Positions 52,571 to 64,000 of a stretch of 64,000 bases of DNA are shown here, piece after piece (the stretch's first letter is position 1; each line of letters begins with the position of its first letter). A model generated the notes under the pieces. The model was not told where the DNA came from and made no database searches. It saw only the letters and a list, made by a program, of their open reading frames with translations. Origin of the DNA: Chrysomallon squamiferum (taxonomy: Eukaryota; Animalia; Mollusca); NCBI GenBank assembly GCA_012295275.1, contig CM022666.1, forward strand, positions 3,658,001 to 3,722,000. Direction: 5' to 3'. Made by a program: the position numbers and the translations under genes.

Positions 52571-53717
52571 TAGAACATCATGTACTAAATGTAATGTGTA
52601 CAATTTTATGAAATACATTAAGAATTATTTAATATACTGACATAATGAATTCATAATAAGAACCCACGATTGAGTATTAAATGAAGCTTTGGGAGTTTAT
52701 TGCAGTAAATCAGTTTCAAATTAAAGTTTGCTGAAAGTGCTGTAATAATATCACTGTCATGCTCAGTTATGGTTTTCCACTATTTGCTGCCATAAAATAT
52801 GGCTGTAATATAACTGATCCTACTGGCCATTCTATTCTGGCTGAAATGGTTACCTTAGCTGCATTCAGACAGCCGTTTGTTTTCTATTTCCGAACGGTTT
52901 ACAAAAATAAAAACATCGGAGTTATCGGACGTTGCAGGTGAAAACATGGCGTGGATATAATATACGTTGCAACCCTGAAGCTGTTTAAATTTACCAATAT
53001 TAATCAATAGATTCTGGATTTAATTGCAACACAATGTCATCTGAAGAGAAATCTGTTTTTAAATCCGGTGTTCGTCTGCATCGTGATATTTCGATTTTGC
53101 TCTCAAGTTGAAAAAAATCCATGACCTAATTCTCTACATAATTTTTTAATAGATATTTTACGTACTTTTCTGCTTCTTCTTTTTTTTTTTTAAAATGAAA
53201 GATAATTCGAAGCTAGACTAAAACTGAATGAAGTGCATTAAGATAAACTGTTTCTTGTCTAAGATGCATTTATACTAACACTACTAACACTACTATTACA
53301 ACTATGTCTCTAGTACGACAACACCTACTACTAATATTACTACTACTGCCCTACTACCACTATTACAAAAAACGACAATAACTACTACTATCACTACTAC
53401 TACAACTACCACCATCACTACCACCACCATTGCTTCTGTCTTCATTACCATCACCACAAACACCAACACTGTTATTATTACTATTACCATTACTACTACT
53501 ATTATCAAAAGTACTACTGCAGCAACAGCCACTACGACAGCCACTACTAAAACTGCCACTAGTTAGGTGTGTTACTTTTACTAGTTCTACTGTCCCTGTC
53601 GATCAAACTGGGTCCTGTGTGAATAACTCGAATACTTGCTTTCATTTTGCAGTCATTATATATGAGAACATGAAGAACCTTAAATACATTTTTTAATTTT
53701 TTGTTTGTTTTGGTAAG

Positions 53718-53748
<31 letters not shown>

Positions 53749-53911
53749 CTTTTTTCTTTTTGTTAGATATTTTTCAGTAGATAAAAGGAAGGAAAATGAA
53801 CAGATGTTACCAATTCCAAAGCATGAAGGTTTTTAAAGGAATATCCACGTTTAAATACATGAAACATGTTTGAAGGACGCTTATCTGTGGAGCGGTGCAT
53901 GCCCAGCTTAA

Positions 53912-53942
<31 letters not shown>

Positions 53943-54080
53943 AACGTATTTTACGATTATTTTTAGAACAACGAAAGTAACGTAAGTAATTTCAGTATGT
54001 ATTATGTTAATTTTATTTTATTTCAATATTTGTTTTGATTTTACACTTTTAAGTTCTGGTTTATTATAATTATATATTTT

Positions 54081-54084
<4 letters not shown>

Positions 54085-54167
<83 letters not shown>
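54085..54167. repeat. (GA)n microsatellite
   Basis: Direct inspection. Confidence 0.95.
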
Positions 54168-54169
<2 letters not shown>

Positions 54170-57100
54170 AAATACCGCATATCCGCACCTAAAATTTTAT
54201 TTTTATTATTATTTTTTTTTTTTTTTTTGCACTTGTTGCCGTAGTAGTATTGATGGTAGCAGCAGCAGCAAAAAGAAGCTGTGGTAACAGGAGTCGTGAA
54301 AACTGTTACAGAAACTGTAATATTTCAGCTGCTTTTACGATATGTTTAACACCTAAAAACACGACACTGTCGTTTCTTGTCGACTCATTGAACAAGACAA
54401 ATTTCACCAAAGAAGCAAACGATGCCCTTGAGTGGAAGTAATATTGGTTGGAGGCAAACTTATTCGTTGTGCAATTCGTTTAAACTTCAGATATGACAAA
54501 TATTCTTCTCGGAAGACGGAAATTTGTAATCGATTTGTCGATAGAATCAGTACAACTGTTGACGACATTACAAAATGGCGCAAAAAATTTAAAACAAAAA
54601 AAAAAAAAAAAGAAGAGGAAGTAAGGGCGATCACTCTTTCAGAGCTCCTTATTTCCTCCTTTTTTAATTTTATTATAATTGTTTTTTTTTAATTTAATTT
54701 AATTTAATTTTTTTAATTTTTATTATTTTTTATTTATTTATTTATTTATTTATTTATATATATATTAAGAATATTGTTTAATGGGTGCTTAACTCTCCCA
54801 TTTCCTATTTTCTTTTCATTTCTAATCTCTTTTTATTTATATTTTATTTTTTTTATTTAAATTATTTTTATTGTTTTTATTATTATTTTTTTTTTTTTTT
54901 TTTTTTTTTTCAAATACGTAAACGCTCAACTGATATTACAATCTCAGATTGATTGCGTAAAACAGGGAAACGTTTTAAAATCCAAAAAATAAAAACCATT
55001 CTTGACTGTTTAAACAAAAAAAAACTAAAATGTTTTTATATTATTCGTCTGCCGTTTATGTCACTATGGCAACTACGTAATATTACTAATTTATTATAAT
55101 TATGAAAACAGGTTTCTTATGTCTTCAGACAACATCAACAATAATGTCAAAACTACTTCAACTAAAACAACAGTTACTTTTACTAATCTACCACAATAAC
55201 TACTTCTACTATTACTACTACTGCTACTGCTACAGTTTCTACTTTTATGATTATTATCACCATTGTCCCCATAATCATCAGTATCATCATCATTTTTGTT
55301 ATTTTTGTTATTATAATTCTCACAATTATTATTTATATTACTGCTACTACTACTACTACTACAACTACTACCACTATTACTACTACTATTACTATTTTAA
55401 ATTACTTTCAGATCTAATTAAACACAATATTCACATAATCATTTTTATTACTTTTCAAAATCACCGCAAATAAACGTATCAACTACCTCAGCTGGTATAA
55501 GATATCGCAGATTTTTTTTTTTTTTTTTTTTTATTTTGTTCCTCTTTTGCATTGACCTTTAGTTTGACCTACGATTCATCCACGGTTATTTTCGATCTAT
55601 CAATAAATGTTTCAGTTATTGATTCAAGCAGATCATTAAAATGTCGACCTCAGGAATACACGTAATTGCGTATTACTAGAAAACAAAATGAAAATGATTT
55701 TGATTAGCTCAAACTACCTCGCAAGCTGAAACGTCTGAAACAAGCTAGGATCGAAAGCATTTAACTTATTTACTTCTTTATCCATTATACTGGTTTTATT
55801 TATCCATATTATTATTAGTTAGTAGTTTTATATACTGGTTTTATTTAGTTTAGTTTAGTATAATATATACTTATTTATTTACATTTTATTTTATTATTAT
55901 TATTATTATTAGTAGTAGTAGTAGTAGTAGTAATAGTGGTGGTAGTTGTGGTAGTATGATATATACTTATTTGTTTATTTATTTATTTTTATATTATATT
56001 ACATTATGTTATCTTATGTAATGTTATGTTACACACATATAGGGTAATTTTATTATTCATAATATTATTACAGATTTACAGACAAACAGACAAATTCATA
56101 TGCTGACGGAAAATAAATATTTAGTTCATTTCAAAGATGAAAACAAATCACCATGACAACTAGTAAAAACAATGGAAAAATGTTTATGACCATGATAATA
56201 ACGATGATGATGATCTCTATGATAATGACAAAGATAAAACTGACGATAATAATGATGATAAGGATGATAATGATCATCATTATGACGATATGTTGATAAC
56301 GATGACGATGATCATATTTATAATGTTGACAGGATGATCATCACTATAACGGTCTTGGTGATGATAAAGATGAGGATGACAACAGTTGCTATGCTGATAG
56401 TAATGTTGATGATGACGAAGATGACTGAACAGATAATTAGTAAATAATCAGCTAAACTCTTTCCATCAAATAGTACCTATTCGCACGCATATAATTTACT
56501 TTAACTTGCTTCTTTTAATTATTATGCTGTAGGGGACATGCAGGTAATCCCGTTCTGTAATTGTCAGTCATTAGCCTGTAAGTAAAGGCGCATTTCAACG
56601 ACGCAATTTGCTACAACCATTTGCAAACTGACATTTCTTTACGCACTGAAAACACGTTAATCTTAAACGCTGCAGGCTGGAAAAATAACGAGTCGCTGAT
56701 TCTGTCGTTCTTCGGAAAATCGAAGCGTCTCGAAAAATCAAAATTGGTTCTTTGTGATCGTTTCTTCGAATCGGAAAGTACGACCGCGCCTTTAGGATTT
56801 TCAAATTGCCTTTTGTTTTCATTGATTTACTAATCTTTCTTGTGGTCGTCGTCTGAATTATGGTACATGTACGCCAGCATGACACTGCAGTATTTTACAC
56901 ATTCTCCCCCACCACCCCGTTTATTTATTTATTTCAGTTTTAGTTGTTTGATATATATACATTATTCATCGTTTTATATCTATGTTCATATTTATTTTAT
57001 TCGTTCGTTATAATTTTTCTTTTCATCTTTCCATTTCTGTTCTTTTATTCACCTATTTATCATCCACTTTGCATTAATTCAGTCACTGTCTATTTCTTTC

Positions 57101-57976
57101 TTCATTCATTCATTTCCAGTCATTATTTAATTCTTTTTTCATTTGATCTTTCTTTCATTTTTTTATTCTTTTCTACATTCCTCCTTTGCAACTTTAAAAA
57201 AAAAAAAAAAAATAACCCTTTACTAAAAATAAACCTTCATTTTTTTTTTTTTTTTTTTTTTAAAGAAATAAAAAAAAAAAATTAAATTAAAGAATCAGAA
57301 AATGATATTTAAAAAAAAGAAAAAGAAAAAGAAAAAAGGAAAAGAAGAACAAGAAACAAAAGAAGATCCATTGAAGTCGACGTCATAGTTCACTGAGATC
57401 TACGTCACTGTTCTGTGACAAGTGCTAATTTAATTTCAGGAATAGCTAACAAAAGACGAACACACCTAGGTATTATTTGAATAATGACCTTAATCAAATA
57501 CATTGCCAGAGAACATCAAAGCAGAAAGCTAACAAACTGGAAAAGAAACAGAACTCTTCTTCTTTATTTTTTCGTCGATATAAAGAGATAATTCCGATAA
57601 GAGTTTATTGATCCGAAATTACCCGAAGATGTTTTCCCGAACGACCATTGATCATTCGGCCGGCACTCGATACGAAGAATCAACAGTCATTTTTGTGTCT
57701 AACAGAGGGCGCTTTTCTCGATAAATTTTTGTGGGGTGTGTCGGGTAAAGATTGCAATATGAAATCAGATTAAAACCCATCATATGCAAAGTGACAAGCA
57801 GTGTAACAGATTGCGTGTTTTTAAATAAACAGAAGACGTCTGCTTTTTTTTTCTTTTTTTCTTTTTTTAGATATATGGGGGGGTAGTAATATAAGCTTGT
57901 CGACAAATTTATCAAACCCAGAGTCAAGTAAGATGGCTGCTTGCGTGTGTGAAAAATGGATTTTCGTCTGCTTTTG

Positions 57977-58007
<31 letters not shown>

Positions 58008-58707
58008 TGATGATGATGATGATAATAATGATAATGATGATGATGATGATGATAATAATAATAATAATAATAATCATGATGATGACGATGATAAATTTTG
58101 AAATATTAATTTCCAGTTAGTGTCGCCATTTGTATTAGACTGTTATACCTAGTTAATGACTTGACAATATGAAAACATATTTAAAGTGGCAGTTTCGTAA
58201 GATGTAATTTACAAAAGAAAAAAAAGAGAGAGACAAAGAAAAAAGGTAAAGAAGAGAAAAGTTATAAAATGAAATAGAATTAATCTTCTTTTTATACTGC
58301 TTCAGTAAGATGTCAATTTAATTTGTTCAAACTTTTTACTTAATATTTTTTTTTCCCCTCATGATAGAAATTTAAAAAGTTTACCACAGAAATATTGATC
58401 GAAAAAAAAAAAATTCATTTGTTTTTACAGAGTGACAGTATTAATTAAGGATTTATTCAAATTATAACAACAACAACAAAAAAAAAATATATTACAATTT
58501 TTTTTTTTTTTTTTAAATCTAAGAAATATTAAAGAACGTAGACTTTAAAAAGTAATAAAAGTAAATTAAATTAATTAATCATGAACAGAAATAATCTCGG
58601 TAAAGCAACAAAGAATATGTTTCTTGTCACGTGACTTACATTGCAGATAAATCATTTTTTATTCAAAATTAAATTAAAATTGTAAACTAAACGCGGACGA
58701 TATTGAT

Positions 58708-58801
58708 TCTTCTTCTTCTTCTTCTTCTTCTTCTTCTTCTTCTTCTTCATCATCTTCTTCTTCTTCTTCTTCTTCTTCTTCTTCTTCTTCTTCTTCTTCT
58801 T
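58708..58801. repeat. (CTT)n microsatellite with two CAT interruptions
   Basis: Direct inspection. Confidence 0.95.
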
Positions 58802-60164
58802 GAATTAAAACTAAAATAAAGATCAAATACATCCCATTTTTTGAATGTTATGTCCTTCACTTTGAAAGAGCACCACCATTTTCAAATCCATCGCTCTATT
58901 AAACTACATACTTTTAATGAACAAAGAGTTACAGCTAGTACGTATAGATCTAGGGCAACATGGCGGCAGGAAATGACATGTTATTTTGTATTTGTTGACC
59001 AAATGTCGCCAGTCGCGTCAGAAACTCTTCGAGATTATTAGTTACACTTTTCAGGCGAGGACAAAGCGGACGGTGTTTGAATAGAGAGGTCTTCCTTCAG
59101 TTAATCAAACGTTTCAGCGTGGTTTGCGCGATATTCCGCATCAATTTGTTCTAGGTCAGAGGTGCGCAAACTTTGAGATTTTACAGGCTGCAGCGTTTTA
59201 ACTTCACCGACACTACGTCAGCACAAATTTTTACGTAAAATCTGAAAGCGTAAAACATATATGATTTTCCATAATTTTCTAACAATGAACCTCTGTGACT
59301 TAAAATGCTGCGTATAAAAGAATGGGTGCATTTACACGTTTCCATGACAAATGACGTCATTCCTCTGTGATTCCCACTAGAGTCAAAATAAAACAGTTGT
59401 TAATATTAGTTATTACTTTTATTTAAATAACAACTTTAAAACTGTCGGATCTGAAAATGAATACTGGACGCCTTGTTTGTGTACGGCATCTGACAGTCAT
59501 GGGAAATTCATGTTGTACGAGTGTTTACACTGACACGCAAAAGAGACGTTAAAATGTGATGAGGCGACATCCTTTCCACGGCCGCAGTTTGCGCTGCTTG
59601 TTCGAGGTTAAAACTCTAGTATAATCTGCATATTCAAGTTTCTTCTCTGAAATAGCTCAGTGCATTTTTGATCATTTTTCGTAAAGGCTATTTATTCAAT
59701 ACACTTCGATTCAAAATTAATACTCGACTTTTAAGGTGAATCTTGTTATGTTTGCAAACAATTTGTCAAAATATATTTTGTACATATTTTTCAGTGACTG
59801 TTTTATAATATTTCTAGTTAAAATACCTGTGACGGTAAACGAAAAGCTGTGTTCAAATTAATTAAGTAATCTTCCACATGATTGCGTTTTATTCTTTTAA
59901 AAGTGTAAAGACAAAACTATATAATATTTTTAATACTTAACATCCCAAATTATCTACTTCAACACAACAGTCTTTGCCTTGTGTATTTATAAGTATTTTT
60001 TTTCCTTTTTTTTTTTAGATACAACTACAGAAAGAATTAATATATACATTTATATATATACATAAACACAAACTAATAACAAGATATTAATGTTTCGTAG
60101 ATGCTTCCCATTCCCCAGATTCGAAAAATAATAATACATAATGTAGCTTTTCATACAGTACATT

Positions 60165-60278
60165 GAAGGAGCCTCGGGCTGGAACGGGAAACAGCTCGGG
60201 ATATTCAGCAAGGAAGGCTGATCCCGCCATCCATCACATGATCCAGCCGAGCCATTTTCACAGAGTCACAGCTCCAGC
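60165..60278 (-). mobile_element. Decayed 5' part of a tRNA-derived SINE
   Basis: Minus strand GAGCTGTTTCCCGTTCCAGCCCGAGGCTCC is preceded by an eroded tRNA-like head and resembles the 30302-30342 segment. Confidence 0.35.
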
Positions 60279-60753
60279 GGTTTTTTTTTTTTCTTCAGAG
60301 TAACGTGTGTGTGACAGATCCCTGATATTTCAGCTGTTTGTCCAAGCGTGAACGACAGTTAACTAGAAAATCAAATTCAATTACTTGTCTCGCACGTGTG
60401 GCTGTCGCGTTTCGTTCCATAACGTTTGTCCCTGTCGAGAGTGGCTATTTATCAAATTAGCCTCTCTGGTCAGTTTCGACCATCATCACCACACACACAC
60501 ACACACATCCTGACCCTAACCCGTCCCCAGTAATCCCGGACAACATAATAATAACATGTCCAAACGCGCTAAGCTGTAAAAAGATTAGGTGAGTGTAATT
60601 TCTGTAAGAAATGAAATATGCGGTGCTCTTAAACGTCCCAGTCGTATTTTTGTTCAGTTAAGGAAGACGATAACTGACGTTTGTGAGTTGATAATACGAG
60701 ACGAATGTTAATCATGACACGTTTAGAGATCCAAAGATGACTGGGAAGGATGG

Positions 60754-60798
60754 GAGACAGATAGATAGATTGATAGATAGATAGAGAGAGAGACTGAG

Positions 60799-60879
<81 letters not shown>

Positions 60880-60950
60880 CAGAGAGCGAGATAGAGAGAC
60901 AGAGAGAGAGAGAGAGATTGAGAGACAGACAGACAGACAGAGAGACAGAA
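60754..60950. repeat. Compound (GATA)/(GA)/(GACA) microsatellite
   Basis: Direct inspection. Confidence 0.9.
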
Positions 60951-61022
60951 AGAAATTCATGGTGTATGAGTGTTTATACATACTATTATCATCATCATCA
61001 TTGTTGTTGTTGTTGTTGTTGT

Positions 61023-61054
<32 letters not shown>

Positions 61055-61200
61055 ATAAGATAATAAAATTATAAATAAATGATGCTAATTGATTATTTTC
61101 AGATAAAATTTCATTTGCGCATACACTTAGAGAAAAAGTAGAAAACAGATTAAATAAATAAAAATTAAAAATAAAATAAATTAATAAATAATGAAAAACT

Positions 61201-61273
61201 TGGAGATGCAGGGCATCGATCCCCGTACCTCTCACATGCTAAGCGAGCGCTCTACCATATGAGCTACATCCCC
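61201..61273 (-). tRNA. tRNA-Ala(AGC), T15/T40 variant
   Basis: Identical to the copy at 41283-41355; T5 terminator 2 nt downstream. Confidence 0.97.
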
Positions 61274-61416
61274 GTATAGGTGATATGGTCAACCGAAACG
61301 ACTGTTCCATACAATACTTAATATACTGGATCTCTTAAAGAGATAAATCGAGAAAAAAACCGTTTATATTTTTCACTGTGTTTTCTTGTGAGTGTATATG
61401 TATATGTATGTACGTA

Positions 61417-61449
<33 letters not shown>

Positions 61450-62727
61450 TTGTATGTATAAATCTATGTACGTATGCATGTATCTGAATGTATTATGTAT
61501 GTCATATACAAACAAATGCTTTCTCATGCTAGGTACTTATTATTACCCTTTCAGTCGAAATATATTATGAGCTCACGTTATCTTGTCGAAGAAGGCTGTG
61601 TGTTATTAGCGTCAGAAACGTCAACGTTGTAGATACATTAGATTAAATAGTTCTGGTGTTTTCGCGATGTCAAAAATTTCAGCCTACCCGCATTTCAGAG
61701 AACTGTGAAAGAAAAAAACATCAGCAGAACTGTCAATTTTATAACAGTAAGAATGATGTGTTATTTGTCGTATTATAATGATGTTTTCTTCTTTCCTGTG
61801 CTAATAATTGTTCGATGTATTCTGAAAATATTTGAAAGAAATTAACAGAAAAGGCTAATAGATGTAATATAATTAATTATTGTACGTGAGTTTGCGTAGG
61901 TACATGTATGTATATGTGTGTGTGCATGCATATATGTATGTATGTATGTGTCTACGTGTGTATGTATGTATGTATGTATGTATGTATGTATGTATGTACG
62001 TATGGTTATGTATGTATGGTTATGGATGTATTGGTGTTTGTGTGTGTGTTCCAAATTAACAGTAAATACTACTGGCTGGGCTGGCTATCTCTACTCTTTT
62101 GCTATCATTCAAAACGACAGTGTCTAACATGATCTTTAACACGTAACTGTGAAGAGCAAAACACACACCGTACAGCTGAACAACCGATCCTGCGACCTGT
62201 AACGCTTCAGACGAGCAAGGTGTCGCACATCCACAAACCTGTAACCTTTATAAGCACACCAACATAGAACAGGCAAACAATAGCGATCAAAGGGGGTCGG
62301 TCGGTCACCAGCTCTAAAAAAACTGACCCCAACAACGACAACAACAACAAAAACTATATTTCACTTAAGGTCTCATCGCCAGCGTTTATTGGTTCAATTA
62401 AAGGAGGAAACGATTCAATGGGAGACCACTCTAATTGGACTCGGAGCCGATCGATGCGCCGCGGTGTTTGAATAAGAAAAGAAGAGAAAACAGGGCGAAT
62501 CGTGGCACGCTCTGGCGAAATTACAGACCTGTCTAAATTTTAATGGCGGCTGCATTCGCTTCACGAAGTCTGCGGCGTTTAAAATAGGTCGGTCGGCTTT
62601 GGTGCCAAACTGCCATTTAGACGTTCATCTTGTGTCCAAATTAATGGTAAATGTTATTGACTTGACTTGGCTGGATGGCTGTTTGTTTGGCCGAGGGGTC
62701 GCGTTTGGTGCATTCCGCTGAATGGAG

Positions 62728-62766
<39 letters not shown>

Positions 62767-63029
62767 TTTAGTAATGTGTGGTTTACTGTTCTAGAATAGT
62801 TCAGTGTGTTATACTAATACTAGTTACGGTGTAGTAGGAGACTGATATCAGTTTTGTGTGGTACAGTGCGATGTGATTCTAGGGTAGTGTTATATTAGTG
62901 TAGTTTAGTGTATAGTATGGTACAACTGTGTGTGTGTTAAAATTGTTTTTCGTGGTGAATTCTAAACAAACGGATGCGCCGTCCTTTGCATCGACTGAAT
63001 GAAACCGTTTTGAGAAGAGAGCCGTATGG

Positions 63030-63430
63030 TCTTCTACATAAAGTATCGTGAGATCTTTTACAGAAACTATCGTGAGATCTTTTACATAAAGTATCGTGAG
63101 ATCTTTTACAGAAAGTACAGNCTTTGAGATCTACCGTGGAACTTTCTCGCAGTCTTTTATATTAACAGTCGTGCAGTTTTACATCAAACTGCCGATGGAA
63201 CCTTTTTCATAAACAGCCCAACTTTCACACCAACGAATGTGCAGCATTTTACACAAACAGCTACTGTCGTGCAGTTAACACACAAACTGCCGATGGAACC
63301 TTTTACATAAACAGCCGATGACTGAACCTCTTGCACAAACTAGCAATGGAATCTTTTACATAAACAGCCGACGGAAACCTTTCGCGGCGTAAAACTGCCG
63401 ATGAAAACCTTTTTACACAAAACTGCCGGA
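63030..63430. repeat. ~24-25-bp minisatellite with two subfamilies either side of an N at 63121
   Basis: Left: near-identical TACAKAAASTATCGTGAGATCTTT x3. Right: diverged CTTTTACAYAAACWGCCGATGGAAC units. Confidence 0.85.
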
Positions 63431-64000
63431 TCATCCAGCAAAGCTCGTCTGCTCAAAATTGCTTAACAAACGTTAACACTTTCCGCTCTTTTTCGTGCAG
63501 GGCAACTCAGCCGTGCGTACTGTGTCTACTCGAGCAGTATTTCCCAATCTATTTGTCTCTGCCCAGAAATCACGACTAGAAACGCTTTCCTCTCCGACTG
63601 AGCAAGCCTCGCGTAATTCGGTTAGAAGCAGACGACAGAAAAAAAAGGCCTGCAGCCAAAACCATATGTAAACCGCACGAATACACACACACACGCACAC
63701 ACGCACACCACACCACTGCTTGCTTGTAGATCGATCAAAACAAACATTTAAAAAAAAAAAAAAAAATTTTTATAAAAAAAAAAAAATTTAGGGTCAACAA
63801 TCTGGTTGCACACCATCAATTATTTTGCTGTGTAAAAATAACTGAGTGTCTGTAGAGACTGTTAGTCTGTGACGTATCCGAGGACTGAAATGTTAAGATG
63901 GAAATAATAATAATAAGAAGAAGAAGAGCAAAGCTTCAGTGTAATGATGATGATGATAATAATGATCATAATAAGAATAGTAATAACAACGAAAACAACA

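Noticed and set aside
56190-56430. GAT-rich tract that could encode an Asp-rich shell-matrix-like peptide
   Set aside because: The Asp-rich frame shifts and hits TGA; there is no signal peptide or exon boundary. It is a decayed trinucleotide repeat.

Overview
AT-rich, intron-containing animal genomic DNA; the repeats suggest a lophotrochozoan, probably a gastropod mollusc (inference). The left 36 kb holds four spliced housekeeping genes that I assembled exon by exon with consistent reading phase, arranged as two head-to-head pairs. These are CUL3 (- strand, 5' part only) with PINK1 (+, 10 exons, about 680 aa), and PPM1L (-, 4 exons, 354 aa) with RCBTB1/2 (+, 14 coding exons, 558 aa). From about 39.6 kb CpG becomes visibly more frequent and I recognise no protein-coding exon. 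This right half holds six tRNA-Ala(AGC) genes (three intact sequence variants plus one degenerate copy), promoter/enhancer-like islands, candidate non-coding exons, and mini- and microsatellites. Best leads: (1) a frame-neutral 339-nt PINK1 exon adding a 113-aa acidic loop with LIR-like motifs to the kinase N-lobe; (2) a U40/C40 tRNA-Ala isodecoder pair recalling the silkworm constitutive/silk-gland pair; (3) a cullin clustered with a BTB adaptor; (4) a GC-AG intron and a duplicated decoy acceptor in PPM1L; (5) a recurrent GCAGACGA motif and a module of clock-type elements. No database search was run; coordinates were counted by hand and comparisons with other species are from memory.
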